A DNA stretch of 64,000 bases from a virus, in IMG/VR virus record IMGVR_UViG_3300025687_000022; one strand, written 5' to 3'. Both the position numbers and the translations under genes were made by a program. Below, in pieces: positions 41,190 through 50,859 of this stretch. The notes under the pieces were generated by a model. That model worked only from the letters and a program-made list of their open reading frames with translations. It was not told the DNA's origin and did no database searches. Numbering within the stretch: position 1 is the stretch's first letter; every line of letters starts with the position of its first letter.

Positions 41190-41276
41190 TGGTAGGAGCG
41201 GCGGGACTCGAACCCGCACGCCATTACTGGCACCTGATTTTGAGTCAGGGTCGTCTACCGATTCCGACACGCTCCC
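41190..41276 (-). tRNA. tRNA-Leu(CAA)
   Basis: Cloverleaf, CCTGA-CTCAAAA-TCAGG arm, long variable arm, encoded CCA. Confidence 0.92.
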
Positions 41277-41326
41277 TTATGTCCTCTCTATTGTAACCCG
41301 ACGATCGCGGGCTGTCAAAAAAAAAG

Positions 41327-41399
41327 CGACTCAGGTAGGACTCGAACCTACAATCGTTCGGTTAACAGCCGAAAGCATTAACCATTATGCTACTGAGTC
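41327..41399 (-). tRNA. tRNA-Asn(GTT)
   Basis: TTCGG-CTGTTAA-CCGAA arm, GTTCGAGT T-loop. Confidence 0.9.
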
Positions 41400-41443
41400 A
41401 GAGTAACACACTTTAGCCGGTGTGCGAGCGGAAATTTGTAAAG

Positions 41444-41516
41444 TGAGCCCACCAGGAATCGAACCTGGAACCTGCGGATTAAGAGTCCGATGCTCTGCCA
41501 ATTGAGCTATGAGCCC
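41444..41516 (-). tRNA. tRNA-Lys(CTT)
   Basis: CGGA-CTCTTAA-TCCG arm. Confidence 0.9.
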
Positions 41517-41568
41517 TTCTCACTCTTTTATTATAACCGAAAGAGTAGCGGTTGTCAAGAACTTTTTT

Positions 41569-41766
41569 TTATTCTTCGCGGTAGCCGTCGAACCAGTCTC
41601 CTAACTGCCTTGTACGACGGCGACCAACAGCGTTAGTGCAAGTGCGAGAAGAAGTTTCGGGATTTTGACAATGCTCTTGGGCTTCCTCAAGCGTTAGACC
41701 AGCTTTAATCACACGAGAGCGGATACCAGCACTGCGATAAAATCTAACAATAGAATACTTAGCCAT
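41569..41766 (-). CDS. Small cassette protein, paralog of 29885-30112
   Basis: GLTLEEAQEHC motif. Confidence 0.7.
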   Translation of the reverse strand: MAKYSIVRFYRSAGIRSRVIKAGLTLEEAQEHCQNPETSSRTCTNAVGRRRTRQLGDWFDGYREE

Positions 41767-42276
41767 TTTCTTTTTCTCCCCGTGGTTACAATATAACACT
41801 GTTTTTATTTGTTGTCAAGAAAAAGTTTTACTTTGTGATCTTCAGCATGTTGCTTTCTTTAACGCTCTTAATCGGATCCCGCGTCCAGTGGCGGGCACCT
41901 GAAATATGAATTAGCCAGTGACCATCATATGTATAACCATTATCGGATAGAAACTTCTTTTCCTTATCGGTCAACTTCATACTCCCTCCAGCTTGCTCAA
42001 AGAGCCAATAATGTTTTTAGTATCCAAAGCATGAATCTTGTCTACACGATACCAGTCGCTATACTTATCATAGTGGCGTAGCTGTAGAACCATAGCTCTA
42101 TCTGCTTCAAACTTATGATCATCTACCCACTTGCAGCGGACATAGCGCCACCCGTTATCTTCTACACGCTCTTCAATAATCGTTCCAAACCTTAGCGTAC
42201 CACCAAAGGTCGCCCATACGTTAGTTCCAATGTCCTTCATCATTCCTCCTTTTGATGTTTATAATATAACATGTAT

Positions 42277-42999
42277 CTATGATCTGTCAAGCAAAAAAAG
42301 TTTCTTTAAAGTTTCGTCGTTTTCAAGATCCATAGTTGAACGCTGCAAACTAAACAAAGTAGGTGCAACAGTAAACGAATAAGTCGGGCGACCTCTCCGA
42401 TATCCACCATGATACTTGACGCGAAATTTAATACTTACTTGCGGCTGCGCGTCGGCAAAACCAATAGGAATACGGTTATTTAGACCATACAATCCGTAAC
42501 CATCGATTTGAATGCCGTCATTCCCAGCATAGTAAGTTTCAATCAAATCTACCGAAGAAAGACCAACCTCTGTTGCGTTCGCAAAAACAACATCAAATCC
42601 GCCATAACTATTTTGCGGGAAATAACTACCTAGCCATTGACGACGTAGAGAATTAGCAACAGAAAAGTTAAAAGTAGTGAAGTCAAAAGCATTTGGAAGT
42701 CGTGGTCTGATTGCATCCAAAATCTTTTGAGAAAGTTCTGCATTCTTACCGCTCTTAAAGCTCCAAGCGTTATTGGACCATTGAATCTGAAACTGTCCAA
42801 ATTCTCCACGCTCACCAATCGAATTCTTGACTTCAATACAAAGCGGCTGACCTTGTGTGTTAATACGGATATCCTTAGCATTCTTATCAGAGCCAGCGGG
42901 ATCCTCGCATTCAATATTAATGTTGTTTCGTGCAGCAAAAAGATTAATCATCGCCGCAAGCATTCGCTCGTAATGTCGCCCACCAGAGCCAGCCGCCAT
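42277..42999 (-). CDS. PD-(D/E)XK nuclease-like protein
   Basis: YE...KDIRI...CIEVKN motif. Confidence 0.55.
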   Translation of the reverse strand: MAAGSGGRHYERMLAAMINLFAARNNINIECEDPAGSDKNAKDIRINTQGQPLCIEVKNSIGERGEFGQFQIQWSNNAWSFKSGKNAELSQKILDAIRPRLPNAFDFTTFNFSVANSLRRQWLGSYFPQNSYGGFDVVFANATEVGLSSVDLIETYYAGNDGIQIDGYGLYGLNNRIPIGFADAQPQVSIKFRVKYHGGYRRGRPTYSFTVAPTLFSLQRSTMDLENDETLKKLFLLDRS

Positions 43000-43058
43000 G
43001 TTATCCTCCTTTTTGATACTACCAATATAACCTGATAGTCTAATCTGTCAAGAACTTT

Positions 43059-43181
43059 TTATTTATCGTTAAACCAAAAGATTCCCAAAGCGATACCAGC
43101 CATTCCGCCTATCGCAACTGAAAGCGGAGTTAGAAAAACTATTAAAAGCTGAATCAAAAAGAAAAGTTCTTCATACCTCAT
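43059..43181 (-). CDS. 40-aa membrane peptide (not in ORF track)
   Basis: MRYEELFFLIQLLIVFLTPLSVAIGGMAGIALGIFWFNDK with promoter and RBS. Confidence 0.55.
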   Translation of the reverse strand: MRYEELFFLIQLLIVFLTPLSVAIGGMAGIALGIFWFNDK

Positions 43182-44868
43182 GTTTTCTCCTCTCGCTGTT
43201 AATATAACAAGCTACAAGATTTTGTCAAGAAGAAAACTCTTCTTCCTCTAGCTTTTTTAGCTCTTTCTTGTTTAAGGGCTTAAATTTGCTTTGTTTTCGT
43301 TGGTTTTTCAACAAAGCCTTATAATGTTTTGGGTCGTATAAAGCAACGTAAAGATCTGGAATGCCTATGCTTTTAAGTCTTCTCATCGTGTTGAGCGTTA
43401 CGTTTTTTGAATCAGGCTTAGTAATCACAATCTCATTTACTGATAAGTCTTCTGAAATCGTAATTTTAGAAATGTAAAACTTCATGCTTCAACAACCTTT
43501 CCGCTCTTTCGAAGCTGCTCGCAATAAGTGATCAATAGTTCTTCTACGATTTCATCGTCAGACATTTCGCTCTTCTGGTCAAAAGGAAACATCGAGCTTA
43601 ATTGCTTTGAGTTTTGGATGCTTGATAGCAGAACAAAGCCACCAATAATTGCGGAACAAGTATTCTGAGAACGACTAATTGTAGTATCCATGTCAACTCC
43701 GTTGTTTAGTAGATTTTTATTCACCCGCTCACCCGCTCCAGGTTGTGCCAAAACATAGCAGTAATAACGTCGTCAAGAAAAACGTTAATGGTTCCATGAA
43801 CGTAATTTGGCTCTGAAACAACAACGCCCAACTTATCATAGCCGACTACACGAACATAATCTCCAATCTTCACATTGTTCACGTTACTCACTATTCACCT
43901 CCGAAATTACTTTTAGTGATTCTACATTATGATAATGATATCTGGCATCACCAAGTTGTTTTATCGGCGGAAACCAGACAACCTTAACCATTGAAAAGGC
44001 ATGCTCACCGACAACTATACCAAGCCTACCTTCCATTATTGGATCAAAGATTTTATAAACGACTAAAGAACCAATTTTTATCTCCTTTGTTTTCATGGCG
44101 AAGATAATGTAACCTTATAAAGATTCTTTGTCAAGGAAAAAATGCCTTCACGTATCCAACAGGAACCTTGATAAGCATATACCTCCAGCCAAGCCACTTA
44201 GACCTGTGAAGATCTGACCTCATCTGTGGAGTCAGAGGCTTCGAGGGCTGATCGACTTCGATGTAAAGACATACATGATTGCCCCCATCATCAGTCTCAA
44301 ACTGAACCGAGAAAGCACCGTCAAAATGGTCCACAACGTGGCTACTAAGAGTCTTTCTCACCTCTTCAGAGGTAGCCTTATCTCCAGCAAAAAATAGACT
44401 CGACATTATACTCTCCTTCTTTTTTTAGGGGTTCTTGATTCGCTGTTCAAGCAAATCATCTTTCATGTGGTTCATTAACTTAACTAACTCGTTTAGTTGT
44501 GTCAAGCTTAAAGTAAGAGAAAATCTTGTCCCGAAATGAATGGAGCAGGTATTATTTGGATTAATAACATAGCGAACGAATAAAGGTCGATAATGACCAA
44601 CATCAATGTTTAATGTTTTATCAGAAATAAACATGTGATTCTCCTTATAAAGTAGATATTAGTTCGGTATACTTCTCTATAAAGAAAGTACCAAAAGTAT
44701 CAATAGTTCCGTTATTCCAAATAACTTGGTAAATAGGCAATTCTTGCATGTCGTCGTTAATGCGCCCTAGTACAATAAAAAATGAAAATTCTTCATCTTT
44801 ATCTACGTGCGTTGGGCGATACATATAAAGCCCACCGATATGTATACTTCTTTCTTTCATAAGAATAA

Positions 44869-44954
44869 AGCTTGTGGTGGGATTCGAACCCACGACGCGG
44901 TTTTATCCATCCAGCTTACAAGGCTGGTGCCATCGACCACTAGGCGACACAAGC
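44869..44954 (-). tRNA. tRNA-Thr(TGT) with long variable arm
   Basis: CCAGC-CTTGTAA-GCTGG arm; 17-nt variable region. Confidence 0.8.
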
Positions 44955-45331
44955 ATGTTTGTTTTGTAGAACATATAATAAGTAGGATAATAAGGACAAG
45001 GGCAAGCAGTTGCTTTCTTTTTTATTCCAAAATTATTTATTTGGATTGACCAGCATTCACCTGAAAGCATCTTGTAAACTTGAAAGTTATAGTCTTCAAC
45101 CCAATAAGTTGTTGGAGGCTCGTATTCCCAAAAGATACCTTCATTTATTAGCGATACTTCTCCTTCTCCGTAAGAATAAATATAACAGCTTTCTTCTTCG
45201 CATTCAACTAGTTTTATGCATCTATCTGTAAAATACTTGTCAAGTACAACAAGATTATTAGAGAAATCATGCGTTTCTGAAGTATAATCTATCTCTTCAG
45301 CACAAGTGAATAAAAGAAGCAAAGCTAACAC
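44903..45331 (-). CDS. Putative lipoprotein
   Basis: MLALLLLFTC start; 3-prime end runs into tRNA-Thr. Confidence 0.45.
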   Translation of the reverse strand: MLALLLLFTCAEEIDYTSETHDFSNNLVVLDKYFTDRCIKLVECEEESCYIYSYGEGEVSLINEGIFWEYEPPTTYWVEDYNFQVYKMLSGECWSIQINNFGIKKKATACPCPYYPTYYMFYKTNMLVSPSGRWHQPCKLDG

Positions 45332-45559
45332 TACCCCATTCCACCTCGCTTGTCAAACATTCTTTCAACTGAACCAGTGAAATGATGCGGAATCATGTTC
45401 CTAAGAGATTCATAGTTACGCTTTGAAATAACAGTCACAGCATTAGCTTGACCGCATTCAAGACAAGTATCGTATCCAAGATGCTTACGACGAATGTTAT
45501 ACTCTTCACCGCACTCTACACAAGTTGCATTTTGCATTTCTATCTCCTGTTGTAAATAG

Positions 45560-45633
45560 TGCGTCGGGCGGGACTTGAACCCGCATATCTTCTGCTTATA
45601 AGACAGACGCCTTCACCATTTAGCTACCGACGC
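45560..45633 (-). tRNA. tRNA-Ile(TAT)
   Basis: TCTGT-CTTATAA-GCAGA arm; GCGTCGG/CCGACGC acceptor. Confidence 0.85.
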
Positions 45634-45637
45634 AAAG

Positions 45638-45711
45638 TACATCCAGCAGGACTCGAACCTGCGACCTAAAGGGTAGAAACCTTTTGCTCTAATCCACTGA
45701 GCTATGGATGC
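45638..45711 (-). tRNA. tRNA-Arg(TCT)
   Basis: AAAGG-TTTCTAC-CCTTT arm. Confidence 0.9.
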
Positions 45712-45766
45712 TTGTTGTTCTCACTTTCTTAATATAACCTGTTCTTAGATTTTGTCAAGAACTTTT

Positions 45767-46303
45767 TTAGATTTTGATCATGCCAGCCTTAACAGGATCA
45801 AAATTATAAGGAAAAACAGTAGCTTCACTGTATTTAGCGCCGGTCAGGTCAGCGCCGGTCAGGTCAGCGCCGGTCAGGTCAGCGCCAATCAGGTTAGCGT
45901 ATCCCAGGCTAGCGTCTCTCAGGTCAGCGTATCCCAGGCTAGCGTATCCCAGGTTGGCGCCTTTCAGGTCAGCGCCTTTCGGGTTAGCGTGGTTCAAGTA
46001 AGCGCCGGTCAGGTAAGCGTGGCTCAGGTTAGCGTGGCTCAGGTTAGCGTGGCTCAGGTTAGCGTGGCTCAGGTTAGCGTTGATCAGGTTAGCGGCGTAC
46101 AGATCAGCGCTGATCAGGTTAGCACCAATCAGGTCAGCGCCAGACAGGTTAGCGGCGTACAGGTTAGCACCAATCAGGTCAGCGCCAGACAGGTTAGCGC
46201 GGGTCAGGTTAGCGCGGGTCAGGTCGCTATTTGAAAAGTCAGCTTCTTTCAAGTCAGAGTCTTGAAAGTTAAAGTTTTGAAACCAACCGTTTGATAGATT
46301 CAT
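45767..46303 (-). CDS. Pentapeptide repeat protein (PRP-6)
   Basis: Start at MNLSNGWFQ after the cassette promoter. Confidence 0.92.
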   Translation of the reverse strand: MNLSNGWFQNFNFQDSDLKEADFSNSDLTRANLTRANLSGADLIGANLYAANLSGADLIGANLISADLYAANLINANLSHANLSHANLSHANLSHAYLTGAYLNHANPKGADLKGANLGYASLGYADLRDASLGYANLIGADLTGADLTGADLTGAKYSEATVFPYNFDPVKAGMIKI

Positions 46304-46322
46304 GACCTTTTCCTCTTTGATG

Positions 46323-46715
46323 CTAACAATGTAACCCGTTCTTAGAGATTTTGTCAAGAACTTTTTTTATTTTATCTACTGCGAGTTTCCAAGCTTCTTT
46401 ACTGTAAGGTTGCCCACGCAGATAATAAGATTCATAATCTCCATGAATAATTGCCGGTCCTTCAATGCGATGTAAATAATTATCTATCCACCATTCTTTA
46501 CGTCCAGTTTTTGTGTTTTCACGCGCTGGACCTTTTCTTGAGTGAATAAACCCATTTAAATATCTTATTATTGTTCCATCTTTTTGAACTTCAGACCAGA
46601 AATGGTATCTTTTACCATCAGTAGTGAATACTACATAATTATCTTCATCAACAAATTCAAAAATAATCCCCATGTTGAAATCGGGATCATCAGTTATCAA
46701 ATCGCCTATCTTCAT
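46323..46715 (-). CDS. Phage protein with LHRxxGPA repeats
   Basis: IHSRKGPA and LHRIEGPA; start MKIGD just after tRNA-Gln. Confidence 0.65.
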   Translation of the reverse strand: MKIGDLITDDPDFNMGIIFEFVDEDNYVVFTTDGKRYHFWSEVQKDGTIIRYLNGFIHSRKGPARENTKTGRKEWWIDNYLHRIEGPAIIHGDYESYYLRGQPYSKEAWKLAVDKIKKVLDKISKNGLHC

Positions 46716-46718
46716 AAG

Positions 46719-46791
46719 TTGGGGCAGCAGGACTCGAACCTGCAACATACGAAATCAAAACCCGTGGTTCTGCCAATTGAACTATGCCCCA
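46719..46791 (-). tRNA. tRNA-Gln(TTG)
   Basis: ACGGG-TTTTGAT-TTCGT arm; TGGGGCA acceptor. Confidence 0.85.
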
Positions 46792-46797
46792 ATAAAG

Positions 46798-46881
46798 TAG
46801 TCGAGGCGGGACTCGAACCCGCACGCCATTACTGGCACCTGATTTTGAGTCAGGATCGTCTACCGATTCCGACACTCGACC
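46798..46881 (-). tRNA. tRNA-Leu(CAA), second copy
   Basis: Body nearly identical to the 41190 copy; different acceptor stem. Confidence 0.9.
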
Positions 46882-47848
46882 TTGTTTATTTAATTTATCC
46901 TATTCATTTTTATTTGTCAAGGACTTTTTTTGTTTTTTATTCTGTAGATGGGTGATAAATCAAATGCTCACCTTTTATAACCGCAGCAATGTTATAAAAC
47001 CAACCAGAAGCATGATACCTAGGCTTAGGCAGGAGCGATACAGCATGTTCGTAAGCTTCACGCGGGAATAAAGGTCCATCAAAAGCAAAAGAGTGGCTAA
47101 ATTCGCCCCCACGAGCCGATACAACAATCGCAGTCCAAGTCATGTGTCCTCCTTTTTACTTATTTAATTTATCCTATTCATTTTTGTTTGTCAAGGACTT
47201 TCTGTTAAAAAAGTTTTCGATGCGGGTTTCAAGATCACTTACCTTAAATCTAATCCAAAGATAAAAGCCAAACATAGCTACAGCATCAAGAAAAAAAGCA
47301 ACAGTTAAAACAATCAGTAATTCTCTCATTATTCTTTCTCCAAAGATGAAATAACTTCCCAATAAGGAGAAGATTCATAAAAAGCACGCGGTCCCCAATA
47401 CTGCTCTACAGAACCGGCGCAAGAGCCATTCATAGCGTACATTTTTTGATAAAGCTCGTTTTCAACAACGCCTTCTCCAAGATAAATATAATATATTTCC
47501 CCTCTTTGAAAAAAGGTTGTATATTTCAGCAAGTCGCCAATTTTAATCATTCTTTTCTCTTTATTCTTTTACATTATAACATGCTCATGGAATCTGTCAA
47601 GGCTTTTTTTCTATCGAACTCAAGATTTGCATCTCCCAGCAAGAAAAAGTCCTGATTACATTATCAAAACACTTTACATCATAAGCGGTAGATTTGTCAA
47701 ATAAAAATACATAATCTTTTCTGATCTCAATAATCAAGCCTATATGTACTTGTTGATATTTTTCAAGTTCATAAACTGGAAAATGCACAACTTCCATACT
47801 GTATTTGCATACGACCAAATCACCTATGTTAAAACTTGGGATTGCCAC

Positions 47849-48313
47849 TCAACATTGTTTCCTCAGCCAAGAAGAAGGATACCACACTTGTTTATCTCTA
47901 ATACTTTCAGCAGTATAACAAGAAGGACTTTGATACCAGTAAACAAGAGCGTAGTCTTTCTTTAGGTGTTTGCCAAGTGAATCAGACCACCAACTTAAAG
48001 AATAAGTTCCATTATTCATCATAATCTCAAATGCTAGATTTCTTGGTAACCCAGACGAAATAACAAAATAATCTCTTAGGTTTCCAGCGATAGTATAGCG
48101 CCGGCTCCCTAAAGCTGCGTAATTTGGCATTTCTTCTTCAAATGTTCTGTAAAGCGCTTCATTTTTTCGCAAAAGAGTTTCTTTTAATTCTTCAATATCT
48201 TCAATTAATCCTGGTCGGATATGATCTTTAGGCTTTTTAGTGTCCAGCACAATACCAAGCCCTGGCTTTCTACGTCGGTACAAATAAACTAAATCTGTTG
48301 TTACAACCTTCAT
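47849..48313 (-). CDS. Hypothetical protein (split KOW-like)
   Basis: 154-aa ORF. Confidence 0.55.
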   Translation of the reverse strand: MKVVTTDLVYLYRRRKPGLGIVLDTKKPKDHIRPGLIEDIEELKETLLRKNEALYRTFEEEMPNYAALGSRRYTIAGNLRDYFVISSGLPRNLAFEIMMNNGTYSLSWWSDSLGKHLKKDYALVYWYQSPSCYTAESIRDKQVWYPSSWLRKQC

Positions 48314-48828
48314 TTTATCTCCGTTGTTATTCTTTTAAAGTTGTTTTAATGATCTTTGCAACTTTGTTGCCAGATCGATAACGAACCATAACATCGCTCT
48401 TACCTCTGAAATGATTACGTAATTCGGTAAGAGAAGGTTTATCTAAGCCCATTGAAGATTCTAAATAAACACCAGAGTTGCCGCTGTTTGCAATTTTTAG
48501 TGCGTCTCTGTGGATAGCTTTAAGGGATGAGTATACGCCTCTAAAGATATCGTCACCATCAAATAAGCAATAAATATAAATGTTTGTCATTTCTTTTTAC
48601 AACCTCCGCAACCACGATTAACGACTTTCTGTCGTCGCTCTTCTTTATTAAGTTTGATCTTCTGGAAGTTCTCGATTCTATCTTCGATCAAAACACCATT
48701 GGAAAGCGCTTTAATCTTTCGCTCTTCTAATTTGAAAGCGCCACAAACAACGATCTGTCGAGAAGGAATGTGAAGCAAATACTCTCCTGGGTATGCGGTT
48801 ATATTATCTGCAAAATCATAAAACTCCA

Positions 48829-49725
48829 TTATTCCTCCTGTAAAGTCATTTTCTTATCATAAGCGTTTCGTTTTAAGTCGCTTAATTGTTTTAGTACATT
48901 GTCCCTACGAAGAATCTTAAATGCTATGTTCTCAGATGAAAACTCGGATTCTTCTGTTTCCAATCCAGCTTTGCGCATATCTCTAATTTTACTTTTAACA
49001 CGCTCAACTCGATCAATAGCTTTATCTAAATCTTTTCCTTTGCTGATCATCTGTGATATTTGATCAGCTTGCTGTTTGTAGTCCTCTGCTTTCTTGTTTG
49101 CAGTTTCAAAATCAATATTGATGTCGAGTTGTTGTGGCTCTACGATCCATTCATCATTAGTTATTGAATAAACACCTGTCGATTTGTGGTCCTCACCAGT
49201 GTTCTCAACATAAATCTCTACTTCAAAGTCGTGCAAAAGTATCCTGTGTTGGTCGTTCCAGCGCATTCTAGCCTCGTCAAAAAAAGCTTTGACTAACTGT
49301 GTATCTTTATTTATTTTCGAGAAGTCTACGACGATATGCAAATCAATATCAGAGAATCGTGACCAGTTATAGTTTGCCAAAGAACCAGTAAAACGAATGT
49401 CTTGAATTTCAAGATTGTCAACTTTTAAGCCGTCGATAAAATCATTTGCAATCTGTAGCAAGCGCTCGCGGACTTCTGAATCTAACTTTTTATCTTTCCA
49501 TAAATCGGGCTGAAGCTTGGTTTGTAACTGAAACTCTTCGGCTTCAGCTTCTTCTAATTGCTTATCAAACGTTACATGTTTTCCCATGCGCTTGGTGTAT
49601 GGAGCAGAGTTTTTCTGACCTCCTTTACCAAGTAACCTGTTGCGATCCGAGAGGTAACGTCGGATTCTTTTTTTATAAGTTCCTGTTTCCTCAATACTAT
49701 CCAAGTATTCTTTCCATTCATTCAT
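48829..49725 (-). CDS. Nucleotidyltransferase-like protein
   Basis: FTGSLANYNWSRFSDIDLHIVVD motif. Confidence 0.75.
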   Translation of the reverse strand: MNEWKEYLDSIEETGTYKKRIRRYLSDRNRLLGKGGQKNSAPYTKRMGKHVTFDKQLEEAEAEEFQLQTKLQPDLWKDKKLDSEVRERLLQIANDFIDGLKVDNLEIQDIRFTGSLANYNWSRFSDIDLHIVVDFSKINKDTQLVKAFFDEARMRWNDQHRILLHDFEVEIYVENTGEDHKSTGVYSITNDEWIVEPQQLDINIDFETANKKAEDYKQQADQISQMISKGKDLDKAIDRVERVKSKIRDMRKAGLETEESEFSSENIAFKILRRDNVLKQLSDLKRNAYDKKMTLQEE

Positions 49726-50063
49726 TGTTCTTGCCTACCATAAATAACTTGCTCACCATCTTCAAAAGTAATGATTGTTCCATTGCCAGGGTGAGGAGTG
49801 ACATGGATCTTTATAAAATCATCAAAAGCGTCGAAAAATGCAATAGAGCCTCTTGGTGCTGGAGTCAACCAATGAATGACAGTATGACCCGTAGCAAACA
49901 CGGCACCTTCAATAACAATACCTTCTCCACTAACACCAGACTCATCTGACTGTCGGCAAACCGTAAAAGTACGAATACCTTCTGGTGCTCGGTTAGAAGG
50001 CTTCTTTGGCTTTAACGCCTCTGGTTCTGTTGATGTTTCGTTGTTCATTAGGTTTCCTTCCAT
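49722..50063 (-). CDS. Conserved phage hypothetical protein
   Basis: DESGVSGEGIVIEG..F..G....HW motif. Confidence 0.6.
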   Translation of the reverse strand: MEGNLMNNETSTEPEALKPKKPSNRAPEGIRTFTVCRQSDESGVSGEGIVIEGAVFATGHTVIHWLTPAPRGSIAFFDAFDDFIKIHVTPHPGNGTIITFEDGEQVIYGRQEQ

Positions 50064-50103
50064 TTAATAAGTATTTCATTTTTTACACGCCTTGTCAACC
50101 GTT

Positions 50104-50850
50104 TTATTTTATTTCTTTCCAGTTGATTTTAAACGAGGGCACAACAACAACCATATCTTCAAGTGCTTGGACTCCGTACATTGTTTTTCCTACGTCAATC
50201 GCAAGAACCAATCCAACATAATTACCTTCATAATCAAAAACTCCAGCCCCTGATGCGCCAGACCAAGCATACGAGTGCATGTAAACATAATCTCCTCTTG
50301 CATAACCAGCAACTTTACCGCTGAAAGTTAAAGGACCAGCGGAGTTTGGAAAACCAGTATAATAAAGCGGCGAAAAAGTCGCAAAAGATTGCTTCCATTT
50401 TTGTCCGATAGGTATATTGGCAAGTTTGATAGGATTAATTCCCTTTAACTTATCAACCTCAAAAACAGCATAATCTATTTCATCATCTCTTGCGACTATG
50501 TTTCTGCATTTTGAAAAGTTAGTATCGCCATAGATTATGTACGTCGAGTCGCATGGTCCCAAAATACCATGACTCACAGTAACAATATAATGCTTGCCTT
50601 TGATTTTAAAATACGTTCCGCTGGAAGAAGCCAGCCCTTCATCATGCACTGACATTACGCGAACAACACTCTGTCTTGAGTTGCGAACCGCTCTTGATTC
50701 ATAATAACCAAGGTTGTTGCTTATGTTGTCTGCGTCCCTTAAGTCGCTAATTTCTGGTAACTGTACTGTTGTTTTTACTAAGCCGTAAGTGTAAGCAAAA
50801 GAAAGTATTGTCGCTAAAGCAAACATAAGGGAGCCGCGTAATATCTTCAT
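50104..50850 (-). CDS. Trypsin-like serine protease, membrane-anchored; paralog of 10970
   Basis: VTVSHG, DYAV, SGASGAG. Confidence 0.85.
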   Translation of the reverse strand: MKILRGSLMFALATILSFAYTYGLVKTTVQLPEISDLRDADNISNNLGYYESRAVRNSRQSVVRVMSVHDEGLASSSGTYFKIKGKHYIVTVSHGILGPCDSTYIIYGDTNFSKCRNIVARDDEIDYAVFEVDKLKGINPIKLANIPIGQKWKQSFATFSPLYYTGFPNSAGPLTFSGKVAGYARGDYVYMHSYAWSGASGAGVFDYEGNYVGLVLAIDVGKTMYGVQALEDMVVVVPSFKINWKEIK

Positions 50851-50859
50851 CTTATTTCC

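Larger units (their letters stand above)
24066..47610 (-). repeat. Dispersed ~55-bp promoter/RBS cassette repeat (~45-50 copies)
   Basis: AAAAAAGTTC-TTGACA-N16(17)-TAYATT-...-AAAGGAGA upstream of almost every small gene; plus-strand tgtcaag at e.g. 24423, 24724, 25049, 26441, 27578, 27852, 28843, 29610, 30724, 33322, 35146, 36607, 38114, 43046, 45753. Confidence 0.9.

Noticed and set aside
30157-46265. Plus-strand QVSAG / RLA-RSA repeat ORFs
   Set aside because: Antisense shadows of the pentapeptide genes; promoters and RBS all point to the minus strand.
24740-46357. Long ORF-track starts such as MTDS...PKGEK
   Set aside because: They begin at the TTG of the TTGACA box and read through the promoter; true starts follow the AAGGAG RBS.
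44645-46875. ORFs or ORF extensions overlapping tRNAs (46690-46875; N-termini of 44645-44893 and 46323-46748)
   Set aside because: They translate tRNA sequence; downstream starts at 44860 and 46715 are more plausible.
24066-47610. CRISPR array interpretation of the recurring ~55-bp repeat
   Set aside because: Intervals are 70-1300 bp and contain ORFs, the repeat is a -35/-10/RBS unit with a variable interior, and no cas genes are present.
19817-47610. Classical integron (attC sites, IntI)
   Set aside because: No tyrosine recombinase and no attC-type palindromes seen.
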